DNA of 64,000 bases. Origin: Candidatus Kaelpia imicola. Lineage in GTDB: Bacteria; Omnitrophota; Gorgyraeia; Kaelpiales; Kaelpiaceae. Both the position numbers and the translations under genes were made by a program. Under the pieces are notes generated by a model. It worked only from the letters and a program-made list of their open reading frames with translations, was not told the DNA's origin and did not search any database. The stretch covers positions 1,064 to 65,063 of the forward strand of contig JAVCCL010000018.1 of the NCBI GenBank assembly GCA_030765505.1. Reading direction: 5' to 3'. Each line of letters starts with the position of its first letter. Positions within the stretch are counted from its first letter, which is position 1. Of the stretch, positions 19,728 through 28,688 are shown piece by piece.

Positions 19728-20693
19728 ATGAATATTCTTATAACAGGTTCAACCGGATTTATTGGCCGGCATTTAGTCGATAGATTGGCTAAGGATAACA
19801 GCAATAATGTATATTGCCTATTGCGCAGCAGGAAGAGAGCTCAGAAGTATCTTCCTTCTAATGTCAATTTGATCTATCAGGATATAAGAGATTATGATCG
19901 ATTGAAGAAGAAGATAGATATACCTATCGATATTATGTTTCATTGTGCAGGTTATGTCTCAAATAGAGATAGCCGGAAACTCTATGAGGTAAATATCTTA
20001 GGAACTGAAAATATTTGCAGGTTATCATTAGAGCTTAAAATAAAAAAACTGGTCTATCTAAGCTCTGTTGCTGTTGTTAGCGCTAATAACGAAGTACCTC
20101 TTAAAGAGGAGCTGGGCTATAAAGCATCAAATCCATATGGAGAGTCCAAGATTGAGGCAGAAAGAATAGTCTTAAATTATAGAGATGGGGGTTTGAGAGT
20201 TGGAATACTTAGGCCTTGCATGGTCTACGGAGAAGATGAGCCGCATCTCTTAAGAAGATTGCTCTTCTTACTTAAATACCGTCTCTATCCTATTATAGGC
20301 AGTGGAGAGAATAAGTTTCATCTTGTCTATGTAGAGAGCGTTGTTGACTCTATGATTTACGCAGCAGTTAATGAATTTTTTACTCAAGAGCCGGTCTTTA
20401 TAGCCGATAAAGAAGTCTTGAGTTATAAAGAGGTTATGAATATTATGGCTGATTCAATAAGCGCGTCTCGTCCTTTTGTTTTGCCTAAGTGTTTGACTCC
20501 TCTATTAGTCAATCTTCCTATCTTGGGTGCTAAGTTTAAGCTGCTCTTGCGGGATAGATGGTTCAGTATCGATAGACTTCTCTCGACAGGTTTTAAATAT
20601 AGATATAACGTAAGAGATAGTCTTATCACCTCATGCAGGAAGCCGTCCTCTAAACCCTCTTTTATGCTGTTTTCCTTTAAACTTGACAACTGA
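19728..20693 (+). CDS. NAD-dependent epimerase/dehydratase (extended SDR)
   Basis: N-terminal Rossmann TGSTGFIGRHLVDRL and an extended-SDR YxxxK-like region. Confidence 0.78.
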   Translation: MNILITGSTGFIGRHLVDRLAKDNSNNVYCLLRSRKRAQKYLPSNVNLIYQDIRDYDRLKKKIDIPIDIMFHCAGYVSNRDSRKLYEVNILGTENICRLSLELKIKKLVYLSSVAVVSANNEVPLKEELGYKASNPYGESKIEAERIVLNYRDGGLRVGILRPCMVYGEDEPHLLRRLLFLLKYRLYPIIGSGENKFHLVYVESVVDSMIYAAVNEFFTQEPVFIADKEVLSYKEVMNIMADSISASRPFVLPKCLTPLLVNLPILGAKFKLLLRDRWFSIDRLLSTGFKYRYNVRDSLITSCRKPSSKPSFMLFSFKLDN

Positions 20694-20745
20694 AGAGAGG
20701 GGTGTATAATTTCAACTAACTCGTTATTAATTTCACGAAGTTATC

Positions 20746-21411
20746 ATGAATAGGTTATCACATAATACAATATCCCGGGTCTTCCTCTATATAAGGATAC
20801 TGGAGGGATTAATTAAAAAAAAGAATTCCAGTATATCCAGTAAGCAGCTTGCAGGTTTTGCAGGCTCAAGCGATGTTCAGGTCAGAAAAGATATATCCAA
20901 TTTCGGAAAAGTAGGGATTCCTGGAATAGGTTATAATACAGTTGAGTTAAGAGATACCCTTGTAGATTTTGTTTTAAAGGATCATGTTGTCTCTGCTGTC
21001 CTTTTTGGTGTCGGCAATCTTGGTACGGCTATTCTTAGGTACCCCTCTTTTTACAAAGAACGGATAAGGATAGTTGCTGCTTTTGATAGGTCCGATAATA
21101 AGATCGGCAAAACCATAAATGGTGTAGAGGTCTTCTCTGCAGCTAGCGCCAAAGGAGTCATAAAAGAGAAGAGTATAGATATTGCTATCATTGCTGTTCC
21201 TGAAGAGTCAGCTCAGGGGGTGGCTGATATTGCAGTTGATTCCGGGCTTAAGGGGATAGTAAATTTCTCGCCCATTATGATAAATATTCCTAGCGGGGTA
21301 TTCGTAAAAGATATGGATTTTACAATAGAGTTCTTGTCTCTCTATTGTGATGCTTATATGGCGGATGGAAGAAGAGCTAAGGATAGAAAAGAGGTAATCT
21401 CCAGGAGGTAG
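20746..21411 (+). CDS. rex: Redox-sensing transcriptional repressor Rex
   Basis: Winged-helix N-terminus (TISRVFLYIRILEGL) and a CoA-binding/Rossmann GVGNLGTAIL motif. Lies directly upstream of the hydrogenase genes. Confidence 0.8.
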   Translation: MNRLSHNTISRVFLYIRILEGLIKKKNSSISSKQLAGFAGSSDVQVRKDISNFGKVGIPGIGYNTVELRDTLVDFVLKDHVVSAVLFGVGNLGTAILRYPSFYKERIRIVAAFDRSDNKIGKTINGVEVFSAASAKGVIKEKSIDIAIIAVPEESAQGVADIAVDSGLKGIVNFSPIMINIPSGVFVKDMDFTIEFLSLYCDAYMADGRRAKDRKEVISRR

Positions 21412-21413
21412 AG

Positions 21414-21782
21414 ATGGCAAAGATATTAATGGTAGATGATGATTTAGAATTTTTGGAAGCAAGCAAGAGGGTTTTAGAGGGAGCAGGCAATAAGGTTAAG
21501 ACTTTAAACAATATTAAAGATGCTGAGAGTTCTGTTAAGGATGAAGAGCCTGACCTTGTGCTGCTTGATATCATGATAGAAGAGGCTGATGATGGAATAG
21601 CTCTTGCTCATAAGTTGAGAAGAGAGGGGTTTCAGGGCTCCATTATTATGCTTAGTGCTGTTGGTAAGGTCACAGGTTTTGAGTATGGCAAATGTGATGA
21701 GGTATTACCTTGTAATGATTTTCTTGAAAAACCGATTACACCCCAGGATTTAATAGAGAAGGTTAATAAATACGTTAAATAG
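21414..21782 (+). CDS. Stand-alone response-regulator receiver (CheY-like) domain protein
   Basis: DDD acidic pocket, phospho-acceptor Asp in VLLDIMI, and a conserved Lys in LEKPI. No output domain. Confidence 0.7.
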   Translation: MAKILMVDDDLEFLEASKRVLEGAGNKVKTLNNIKDAESSVKDEEPDLVLLDIMIEEADDGIALAHKLRREGFQGSIIMLSAVGKVTGFEYGKCDEVLPCNDFLEKPITPQDLIEKVNKYVK

Positions 21783-21796
21783 GAGAGGAGTTTAAA

Positions 21797-22276
21797 ATGG
21801 CAAAATACTGCGCTGTTGGAAAGAGAGCTGATAAAGACAGTAAAGAGTATAATATTTGCGATGAGTCCCGCTCTGAACTTCTCCCTATCTTAGAGAAGAT
21901 TCAGGATAAGCGGGGTTATATATCGGATAAGGATATGCAGCAGATTGCCGATAGGCTGGGAATACACCCTGTTGAGGTCTATTCTGTAGTTACATTCTAC
22001 TCTTTTTTAAATTCTGAGAAGGCAGGCAAGCATACGATACGGGTAAGCAATTGCATCTCTTCTGTTATGAAAGGAAGTAAAAGAATAGTCAGAGAGTTTG
22101 AGAAGGAGCTTGGAATAAATATTGGCGAAACGACAAGAGATAAGAAGATAACTCTTAAGGAGATAAGCTGTATCGGAATGTGCGATCTGGCTCCTGCTGT
22201 TATGGTGGATAGTCAATTAGTGGGAAGAGTAACAACTCAGAAAGTAAAAGATATAGTAAAGGAGCTTAAGAGATGA
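21797..22276 (+). CDS. NuoE-like [2Fe-2S] thioredoxin-fold subunit (HydC-like)
   Basis: SCIGMCDLAPAVMVD cluster-binding region typical of NuoE/HoxE/HydC. Confidence 0.85.
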   Translation: MAKYCAVGKRADKDSKEYNICDESRSELLPILEKIQDKRGYISDKDMQQIADRLGIHPVEVYSVVTFYSFLNSEKAGKHTIRVSNCISSVMKGSKRIVREFEKELGINIGETTRDKKITLKEISCIGMCDLAPAVMVDSQLVGRVTTQKVKDIVKELKR

Positions 22277-23475
22277 AAAGAGAAGGAGTAATAATATTTA
22301 GCGATATAAAGCTAGGTGAGGCTCTAAAGAAGGCTCTTAAGATCGGCCGTCTTGAGGTTTTGGATGTTGTGCGTGACTCCAATTTAAAGGGACGGGGAGG
22401 AGCCGGTTTTCCAACAGGTGTTAAATGGAATCTTGCTGCAACATCATCCGATAACAAAAAATATATTGTTACTAATGCCGATGAAGGTGAACCCGGTACT
22501 TTTAAAGACAGGATTCTTTTAACAGAGTATCCTAAGCTCCTATTTGAAGGCATGATTATAGCAGCCTATGCAATAGGGGCAGAGAAGGGGTTTCTCTATC
22601 TTAGAGGAGAGTATAAGCTGCTCTTGCCTAAGCTTAAGAGAGTCTTAAAAGATATCAGAGCTAAGAACCTGCTTGGAGATAAGATACTTGGAAATAAAGA
22701 TTTCAGCTTTGATATTGAGATAAGGCTTGGTTTTGGAGCCTATGTCTGCGGTGAAGAGACTGCTCTCATTGAGTCACTCGAAGGTCATAGAGGTGAACCG
22801 AGGAATAGGCCTCCCTTCCCTGTCTATACCGGTTATAACGGTCATCCGACAGTCGTAAACAATGTTGAGACGCTCTCAAATATAGCCCCTATAATATTAA
22901 AGGGGCCGGAGTGGTTTAAGAGTATTGGGACTGAGGCCTCAGCAGGATCTAAAATAATAAGCGTCTCTGGTGACTGTAAGAAGCCTGGAGTATATGAGGT
23001 ACCGTTTGGTACTTCAATAAATAAAATATTAAAATTGGTCGATGCCTCTGATATAAAGGCTGTTGTGGTTGGCGGTGCATCAGGTCTTTGCATTGGAAAG
23101 GATCAGTTTAATCGTAGAGTAGGGTTTGAGGACTTACCAACAGGCGGTTCTATCATGGTCTTTAATAATAAGAGGAGTCTCATGGATGTTGTTGAGAACT
23201 TTTTAGAGTTCTTTAAGGATGAGTCCTGCGGGCAATGCACTCCTTGCAGAGAAGGTATTCCTGTTTTAATTGAAGGTGTTAATATGATTAAGAGAGGAGA
23301 GTGTAATGAATCCTATCTTAAGAGTCTTCTGTCGCTCTCCGAGACAATGCAGTTGGCTTCAAAGTGCGGCCTGGGCCAGTCTGCACCTAATATCTTTGTC
23401 TCGGTGATAAATGATTTTAAAAAAGAGTATAGACTGTCCAGTAAAAAAAGAGAGGAGATAGCATTCAATGGATAA
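22273..23475 (+). CDS. NuoF-like NAD(P)H/FMN-binding [4Fe-4S] subunit (HydB-like, short form)
   Basis: GRGGAGFPTGVKW FMN/NADH motif and ESCGQCTPCREG [4Fe-4S] motif. Only 400 aa, so it lacks the extra ferredoxin domains seen in bifurcating HydB proteins. Confidence 0.85.
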   Translation: MKREGVIIFSDIKLGEALKKALKIGRLEVLDVVRDSNLKGRGGAGFPTGVKWNLAATSSDNKKYIVTNADEGEPGTFKDRILLTEYPKLLFEGMIIAAYAIGAEKGFLYLRGEYKLLLPKLKRVLKDIRAKNLLGDKILGNKDFSFDIEIRLGFGAYVCGEETALIESLEGHRGEPRNRPPFPVYTGYNGHPTVVNNVETLSNIAPIILKGPEWFKSIGTEASAGSKIISVSGDCKKPGVYEVPFGTSINKILKLVDASDIKAVVVGGASGLCIGKDQFNRRVGFEDLPTGGSIMVFNNKRSLMDVVENFLEFFKDESCGQCTPCREGIPVLIEGVNMIKRGECNESYLKSLLSLSETMQLASKCGLGQSAPNIFVSVINDFKKEYRLSSKKREEIAFNG

Positions 23476-25390
23476 GAAAAAGAGACCATTTTCGGAGAAG
23501 ACTTCTAGGGCCCCTGTTAGTCAGAGGCCTCAGAGTTTTGAAAAAACTGCTAAAGGTGCACTTGGCGCAACGGTTAAAGTTATAATAGATGATATAGAGC
23601 TGCATGTTCCAATGGGTACTACTATTTTAGAGGCGGCAAAGTCAATAAACGTCAATATTCCTACGCTCTGTCAGCATGACGATCTCTGTCTTGCCGGAGT
23701 ATGCAGGGTCTGCATTGTTGAGGTTGAGGATCAGAAGACTCTTCAGGCGTCCTGTGCTTATCCTATAACCGTACCTATAAAGGTTAAGACTTATTCTCCA
23801 AAAGTACGCCGGGGGAGAAGAAATATTATTCAGCTGTTACTTCGTAACCATTATGGAGAGTGTTACTCTTGCTCTAAAAACAATAACTGTGAACTGCAGT
23901 CTCTGGCTAAAGAGTATGGGGTTAAGTCCTATACTTTTGGTCATATTGAGGAGCCCAGATATGAGCAGGATAATTCAAGCTACTCTGTTGAGCGTGATAT
24001 GAATAAATGTGTCTTATGCCGCAGGTGCGTAAGAACCTGTATAGATTTACAAGAAGTAGGAGTACTTGAAGCAGTAGAGAAGGGGGCTGAAACAAGGATA
24101 GCAACTTATCTTGATAAACCCCTCAATGACGTTATATGTATTAACTGCGGACAGTGTATCAATAGATGCCCCACCGGAGCTTTAAAAGCGAAAGACCCGG
24201 CTGAGGAGGTTTGGGCTGCAATAGATGATCCAGCTAAGCATGTCATTATCCAGACTGCTCCCTCACCGCGTGCTGCAATAGGAGAGGAGTTTGGTCTGGC
24301 TCCCGGAACAAGCGTTACAAAGCAGCTCAATACAGCACTAAGACGCATGGGTTTTGATAAAGTTTTCGATACTAACTTTACAGCTGATCTAACTATCATG
24401 GAGGAAGGTACAGAGTTACTTTTAAAACTTAGAGATGTATTGGTTAATAAAAAGAAAATTGCTCTGCCTCAATTTACATCCTGTTCTCCGGGCTGGGTCA
24501 AATATATTGAACATTTCTATCCTGATAAATTAGGACATGTTTCAACTGCCAAGAGTCCTCAGCAGATGTTCGGAGCTATTGTTAAGACCTGGTATGCTGA
24601 AAGAGAAGGGATAGACCCGGCTGATATTGTAAGTGTATCTCTGATGCCCTGCTCTGCGAAGAAGTTTGAATGTGAGAGGCCTGAGATGGATGATTCCGGG
24701 TTTAAAGATGTTGATTTTGCACTTACTACCCGTGAGCTTGCAGGTATGATAAAGGAATGCGGGATGGACTTACCCAACTTACCTAAATCAGAGTTCGATA
24801 ATCCCCTGGGTACAGGAACAGGCGCGGCTCTTATATTCGGCACAACAGGCGGTGTTATGGAAGCTGCTATAAGGACTGTATATGAGATAGTTACAGGAGA
24901 AGAGGTGCCGTTCAATAAGCTGCGCGTAACCCCTGTAAGAGGTACTGAAGGCATAAGAGAGGCGGCGCTTCCGGTTAAAAAAGCAAAAAAAGAGTGGAAG
25001 TTTTTAGAAGGAGTGACTCTAAAGGTTATGGTCGGCCACGGTACTGCAAATGCCAAAAAGATTATGGATATGCTCTGCCGAGGTGAGTTAAGCGGTTACC
25101 ACTTTATTGAGATTATGGCCTGTCCCGGCGGGTGTCTTGGAGGAGGAGGTCAGCCTATTCCAACAAGCCCTGAAATAAGAGAGGCCCGTGCAAAGGCAAT
25201 ATATAAGGAAGAGGAAGGCCTGCCTTATAGAAAGTCTCACGAGAATCCGTTCATAAAGCTTATCTATAAGGAGTTCTTAAAAGAAGGGCCTTGCGGAGAT
25301 TTAAGTCATAAGCTGCTCCATACTAAATATACCCCCAGGGGCAAGTGGATCGGTAAGAAAAAAGTTGCCAAGCGACTTATAGCGGTTTAA
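23468..25390 (+). CDS. hydA: [FeFe]-hydrogenase catalytic subunit (M3 architecture: 2Fe-2S, His-ligated 4Fe-4S, 2x[4Fe-4S], H-cluster domain)
   Basis: N-terminal plant-type ferredoxin region, then two CxxCxxCxxxCP motifs. H-cluster motif L2 is MPCSAKKFE and L3 is EIMACPGGCLGGGGQP. L1 reads FTSCSPGW rather than the canonical TSCCPxW. Confidence 0.88.
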   Translation: MDKKKRPFSEKTSRAPVSQRPQSFEKTAKGALGATVKVIIDDIELHVPMGTTILEAAKSINVNIPTLCQHDDLCLAGVCRVCIVEVEDQKTLQASCAYPITVPIKVKTYSPKVRRGRRNIIQLLLRNHYGECYSCSKNNNCELQSLAKEYGVKSYTFGHIEEPRYEQDNSSYSVERDMNKCVLCRRCVRTCIDLQEVGVLEAVEKGAETRIATYLDKPLNDVICINCGQCINRCPTGALKAKDPAEEVWAAIDDPAKHVIIQTAPSPRAAIGEEFGLAPGTSVTKQLNTALRRMGFDKVFDTNFTADLTIMEEGTELLLKLRDVLVNKKKIALPQFTSCSPGWVKYIEHFYPDKLGHVSTAKSPQQMFGAIVKTWYAEREGIDPADIVSVSLMPCSAKKFECERPEMDDSGFKDVDFALTTRELAGMIKECGMDLPNLPKSEFDNPLGTGTGAALIFGTTGGVMEAAIRTVYEIVTGEEVPFNKLRVTPVRGTEGIREAALPVKKAKKEWKFLEGVTLKVMVGHGTANAKKIMDMLCRGELSGYHFIEIMACPGGCLGGGGQPIPTSPEIREARAKAIYKEEEGLPYRKSHENPFIKLIYKEFLKEGPCGDLSHKLLHTKYTPRGKWIGKKKVAKRLIAV

Positions 25391-25414
25391 GATAGTCTTT
25401 TAAGGAGGTGTTCT

Positions 25415-25756
25415 ATGCAGTATGATCCTAAAGAGACTCTGAATGAGTTTAACCGTCTGATGACGGATATCAAAAATACAGTACCTAAGGAGTATCAGGC
25501 ATTTATTCAGGAGAAAGATCAGATTACCTCATCCGGAAAATTGCCGGAGAAAGAGAAGCGGCTCTTGCTTCTTGTATCTGCTGTTACAGCAAAATGCCCT
25601 GTCTGTATTCCAAGAGCTGTAAAGCACTGTCTCGATGCAGGATATTCTAAAGAGGAGATGCTTGAAGCCTGCATGGTTGCTGTCTTAGTCGGCGGCTCAA
25701 GCGTTATGACTTATGTCACCTTAGTAGATAAGGCGATAGAAGAGTTTTCAGGATAG
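25415..25756 (+). CDS. Carboxymuconolactone decarboxylase (AhpD-like) family protein
   Basis: About 110 aa with the LLLLVSAVTAKCPVCI...MLEACMVAVLVGGSS pattern typical of the CMD/AhpD-like family. Confidence 0.65.
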   Translation: MQYDPKETLNEFNRLMTDIKNTVPKEYQAFIQEKDQITSSGKLPEKEKRLLLLVSAVTAKCPVCIPRAVKHCLDAGYSKEEMLEACMVAVLVGGSSVMTYVTLVDKAIEEFSG

Positions 25757-25868
25757 AAATTGTTTAAACGGTTTTAATATATAGGAATTGCTTTTTTAAC
25801 ACCTTTGTTAAAATGATTAAATTATCTTGAAGGATGTTTGTCTTTAAATTTCTGAAAAATTTAATGCA

Positions 25869-26978
25869 ATGGATTTAAAGAATACTCCCATTAGTAATAT
25901 TCATAAAGAGTTAGGGGCAAAGATGGCTCCTTTTGGCGGATTCTTAATGCCTATTCAGTATCAGGGTATAATAGCCGAGCATAATTGGACAAGAAGCAGC
26001 TGTTCACTCTTTGATATCTGCCATATGGGTGAGTTTATAATTCAGGGCGACTATCTTAGGAGCGGATTGGATAAGATAGTGACAGTCAATCTCAAAGAGA
26101 TGCCGATTCAATCCTGCAGGTACGGCTTTATGCTAAACCCCAGAGGCGGAGTAATAGATGATTTGATAGTCTATAGAGTTGAACAGGAAGAGTGGATGAT
26201 AGTTATAAATGCTGCAACCGTTGGGAAGGACGAGGAGAATATAAAGAAGAATTTAAGCTGGGACTCTCATTTTAAAAATATATCTTCTAATATTGCAAAG
26301 CTCGACCTTCAGGGCCCTCTATCTTTAGATGTTCTTAAGAGTGCTGCAGGTGAGACCATAACAAAGCTCTGTTACTATACGTTTGATGACTTTATGATTG
26401 AAGGTGAGGAGTACCTTATAAGCAGGACCGGTTATACCGGAGAGCTTGGCTATGAAATCTATGCAGCGGCTTCCCGCGCAGAGAGTCTCTGGAAAGTCTT
26501 TTTAGAAGATAAGAGAGTTAAGCCTGCCGGTCTTGGCTCAAGGGATATATTAAGACTTGAGATGGGATACCCTTTATACGGACATGAGTTAAATGAAGAG
26601 ATAACACCCCTTGAGGCTTCTCTTATGAGATTCGTTGAGATGGATAAAGATTTCATAGGAAAAGATGCGCTCATTAAGCAGAAAAAGAGAGTCTTGAGTA
26701 AGAGATTAGTTGCTTTAATTGCTGACGGAAGGCGTTCACCCAGAGAGGGTTATAAAATATTCTCTTCAGATAGAGAAGTGGGTTATGTAACCAGCGGTTC
26801 TTTCTCTCCATCTCTGGGCTCCGGCATAGCTCTTGGGTATATCAACCCTGAATATAGCAGGGTAGGTTTAGAGGTCATTATAAAGTCTAATAATATTCAG
26901 ATAGAGGCTAAAATAGTTAAGAGGCCGATCTATGCTGAGGGTACATTTAATAAGGAGGTCTCTCGTGAATATAGCTGA
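25869..26978 (+). CDS. gcvT: Glycine cleavage system T protein (aminomethyltransferase)
   Basis: Typical GcvT N-terminus (TPISNIHKELGAKMAPFGGFLMPIQY) and length. First gene of the gcv block. Confidence 0.88.
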   Translation: MDLKNTPISNIHKELGAKMAPFGGFLMPIQYQGIIAEHNWTRSSCSLFDICHMGEFIIQGDYLRSGLDKIVTVNLKEMPIQSCRYGFMLNPRGGVIDDLIVYRVEQEEWMIVINAATVGKDEENIKKNLSWDSHFKNISSNIAKLDLQGPLSLDVLKSAAGETITKLCYYTFDDFMIEGEEYLISRTGYTGELGYEIYAAASRAESLWKVFLEDKRVKPAGLGSRDILRLEMGYPLYGHELNEEITPLEASLMRFVEMDKDFIGKDALIKQKKRVLSKRLVALIADGRRSPREGYKIFSSDREVGYVTSGSFSPSLGSGIALGYINPEYSRVGLEVIIKSNNIQIEAKIVKRPIYAEGTFNKEVSREYS

Positions 26979-27354
26979 AGATTTGCTCTATACAAAAAAG
27001 CATGAGTGGGTAAAGATTGAAGGTAGTAGAGCACGGATAGGGATAACAGATTATGCTCAAGAGTTATTGGGCGATATTACTTTTATTGAGCTTCCTAAAG
27101 CAGGAGATACTCTGGAGCAGTTTAAGCCTTTCTCTTCCGTTGAATCTGTTAAAGCGGCAACTGATATCTTCTGTCCTTTAAGCGGAGAGGTTCTCTTGGT
27201 AAATGAGGTTTTAAGCTCTTCTCCTGAGCTTTTGAACTCATCTCCCTATATAGACGGCTGGGTCGTAGTAGTTGAGATCAAAAATCAAAGCGAGAAAGAT
27301 AATCTTATGGATACTGCAGCTTACAAAAGTTATTTAGAGGAGGTCTCTGGTTGA
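26966..27354 (+). CDS. gcvH: Glycine cleavage system H protein
   Basis: GTG start preceded by AAGGAGG. (M)NIAEDLLYTKKHEWV start and a lipoyl-lysine motif ESVKAATD. Confidence 0.88.
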
Positions 27355-28688
27355 GTTTTGTTCCTCACTCCCCTCTTGAGGTAAAGAGCATGCTGGATAC
27401 TATCGGCGTCAGTTCTATCGACGAGTTATTCAGCGATATACCTGAGGATTTAAAGCCTAAATCTTTTAATATTCCGGAAGGCAAGTCGGAGTTTGAGGTC
27501 ATAGAATATCTAAAAGGATTATCTTTCAAAAATGCGACCTCTCTGATTAACTTTTTAGGGGCCGGATTCTATGACCATTATATTCCGGCTGCAGTGGATG
27601 AGATCTCCTCCCGCAGTGAGTTCTATACCGCCTATACCCCTTATCAGCCGGAGTGTTCCCAGGGCTGGCTGCAGTCTATATACGAGTATCAGACTGCAGT
27701 ATGTCAATTGACCGGGATGGATGTTAGTAATGCTTCGCTCTATGATGGCGGGACAGCGCTCTATGAGGCCTGCATGATGGCGATACGGATAACCGGAAGA
27801 AACAAAATTGTTATGGACAGCGGTGTCAATATGACCTATCGCGCTATACTCTATACCTATACCTCTAATTTAAATATTGAGTTTATTGAGACCTCTGTTG
27901 TCCACGGACAGAGCTCGCGTAGAGAGATATATAAACACTTAGATGATAAGACCGCTGCTGTCATAGTCCAGAACCCTAATTTCTTCGGTGCGATAGATGA
28001 CCATTCAGATATCGTTAAAGAGGCGCATGCCCGCGGTGCTCTACTAATTCAATCGGTCTATCCTTTAGCGCTTGGGATATTAAAAACACCTTCTGAGATG
28101 GATTGTGATATTGCAACCGGAGAGGGTCAGAGCTTGGGTCTTCCCTTATCATTCGGCGGGCCATACCTTGGTTTTATGGCGACAAAGAGAGAGTATCTGC
28201 GTAAGATGCCGGGTAGAATTGTAGGTAAGACAGTCGATAAAAAAAATAGGGCTGGTTACGTATTAACCCTTCAGACAAGAGAGCAGCATATCAGACGCGA
28301 GAGAGCGACGTCTAATATCTGTTCCAATGAGGCGCTCTGCGCTTTGCGAGCGGTAGTATACCTCTCTCTGATAGGCAAAGTCGGTTTTAAAGAGCTTGCG
28401 GAGTTAAACTATCAGAAATCAGAGTTTGCAAAGTCAGTGATTGATAAGATTCCGGGGGTAGAAGTAAAGAGAAGCTCTCCTACTTTTAATGAGTTTACAG
28501 TCTTACTGCCTAAGAATGCTGATGAGGTTGTGAGTAAGATGGTTGCCAAAGGTTATGCCTCCGGTTTTCCCTTGGGCAGGTTCTATAAAGGTATGGATGA
28601 TTACCTTTTAATTGCGGTGACTGAGAAGAGGAGTAAAGAAGAGATTGTTAAGTTGGCAGAGTCTCTGGAGGCTGTATTATGCGATTGA
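27351..28688 (+). CDS. gcvPA: Glycine dehydrogenase (decarboxylating) subunit 1
   Basis: Typical GcvPA N-terminus and length (445 aa). Overlaps gcvH by 4 nt. Confidence 0.88.
   Translation: MSFVPHSPLEVKSMLDTIGVSSIDELFSDIPEDLKPKSFNIPEGKSEFEVIEYLKGLSFKNATSLINFLGAGFYDHYIPAAVDEISSRSEFYTAYTPYQPECSQGWLQSIYEYQTAVCQLTGMDVSNASLYDGGTALYEACMMAIRITGRNKIVMDSGVNMTYRAILYTYTSNLNIEFIETSVVHGQSSRREIYKHLDDKTAAVIVQNPNFFGAIDDHSDIVKEAHARGALLIQSVYPLALGILKTPSEMDCDIATGEGQSLGLPLSFGGPYLGFMATKREYLRKMPGRIVGKTVDKKNRAGYVLTLQTREQHIRRERATSNICSNEALCALRAVVYLSLIGKVGFKELAELNYQKSEFAKSVIDKIPGVEVKRSSPTFNEFTVLLPKNADEVVSKMVAKGYASGFPLGRFYKGMDDYLLIAVTEKRSKEEIVKLAESLEAVLCD

Noticed and set aside
20694-20745. Rex operator upstream of rex (TTTCACGAA at about 20728)
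   Set aside because: It matches only one half-site of TTGTGAAnnnnTTCACAA, and with an inserted base. That is too weak to call without genome-wide site statistics.
25757-25868. Glycine riboswitch upstream of gcvT
   Set aside because: The 112-nt leader is AT-rich and lacks the conserved glycine-aptamer core (the ACCGAAGGGGCAA-like element).
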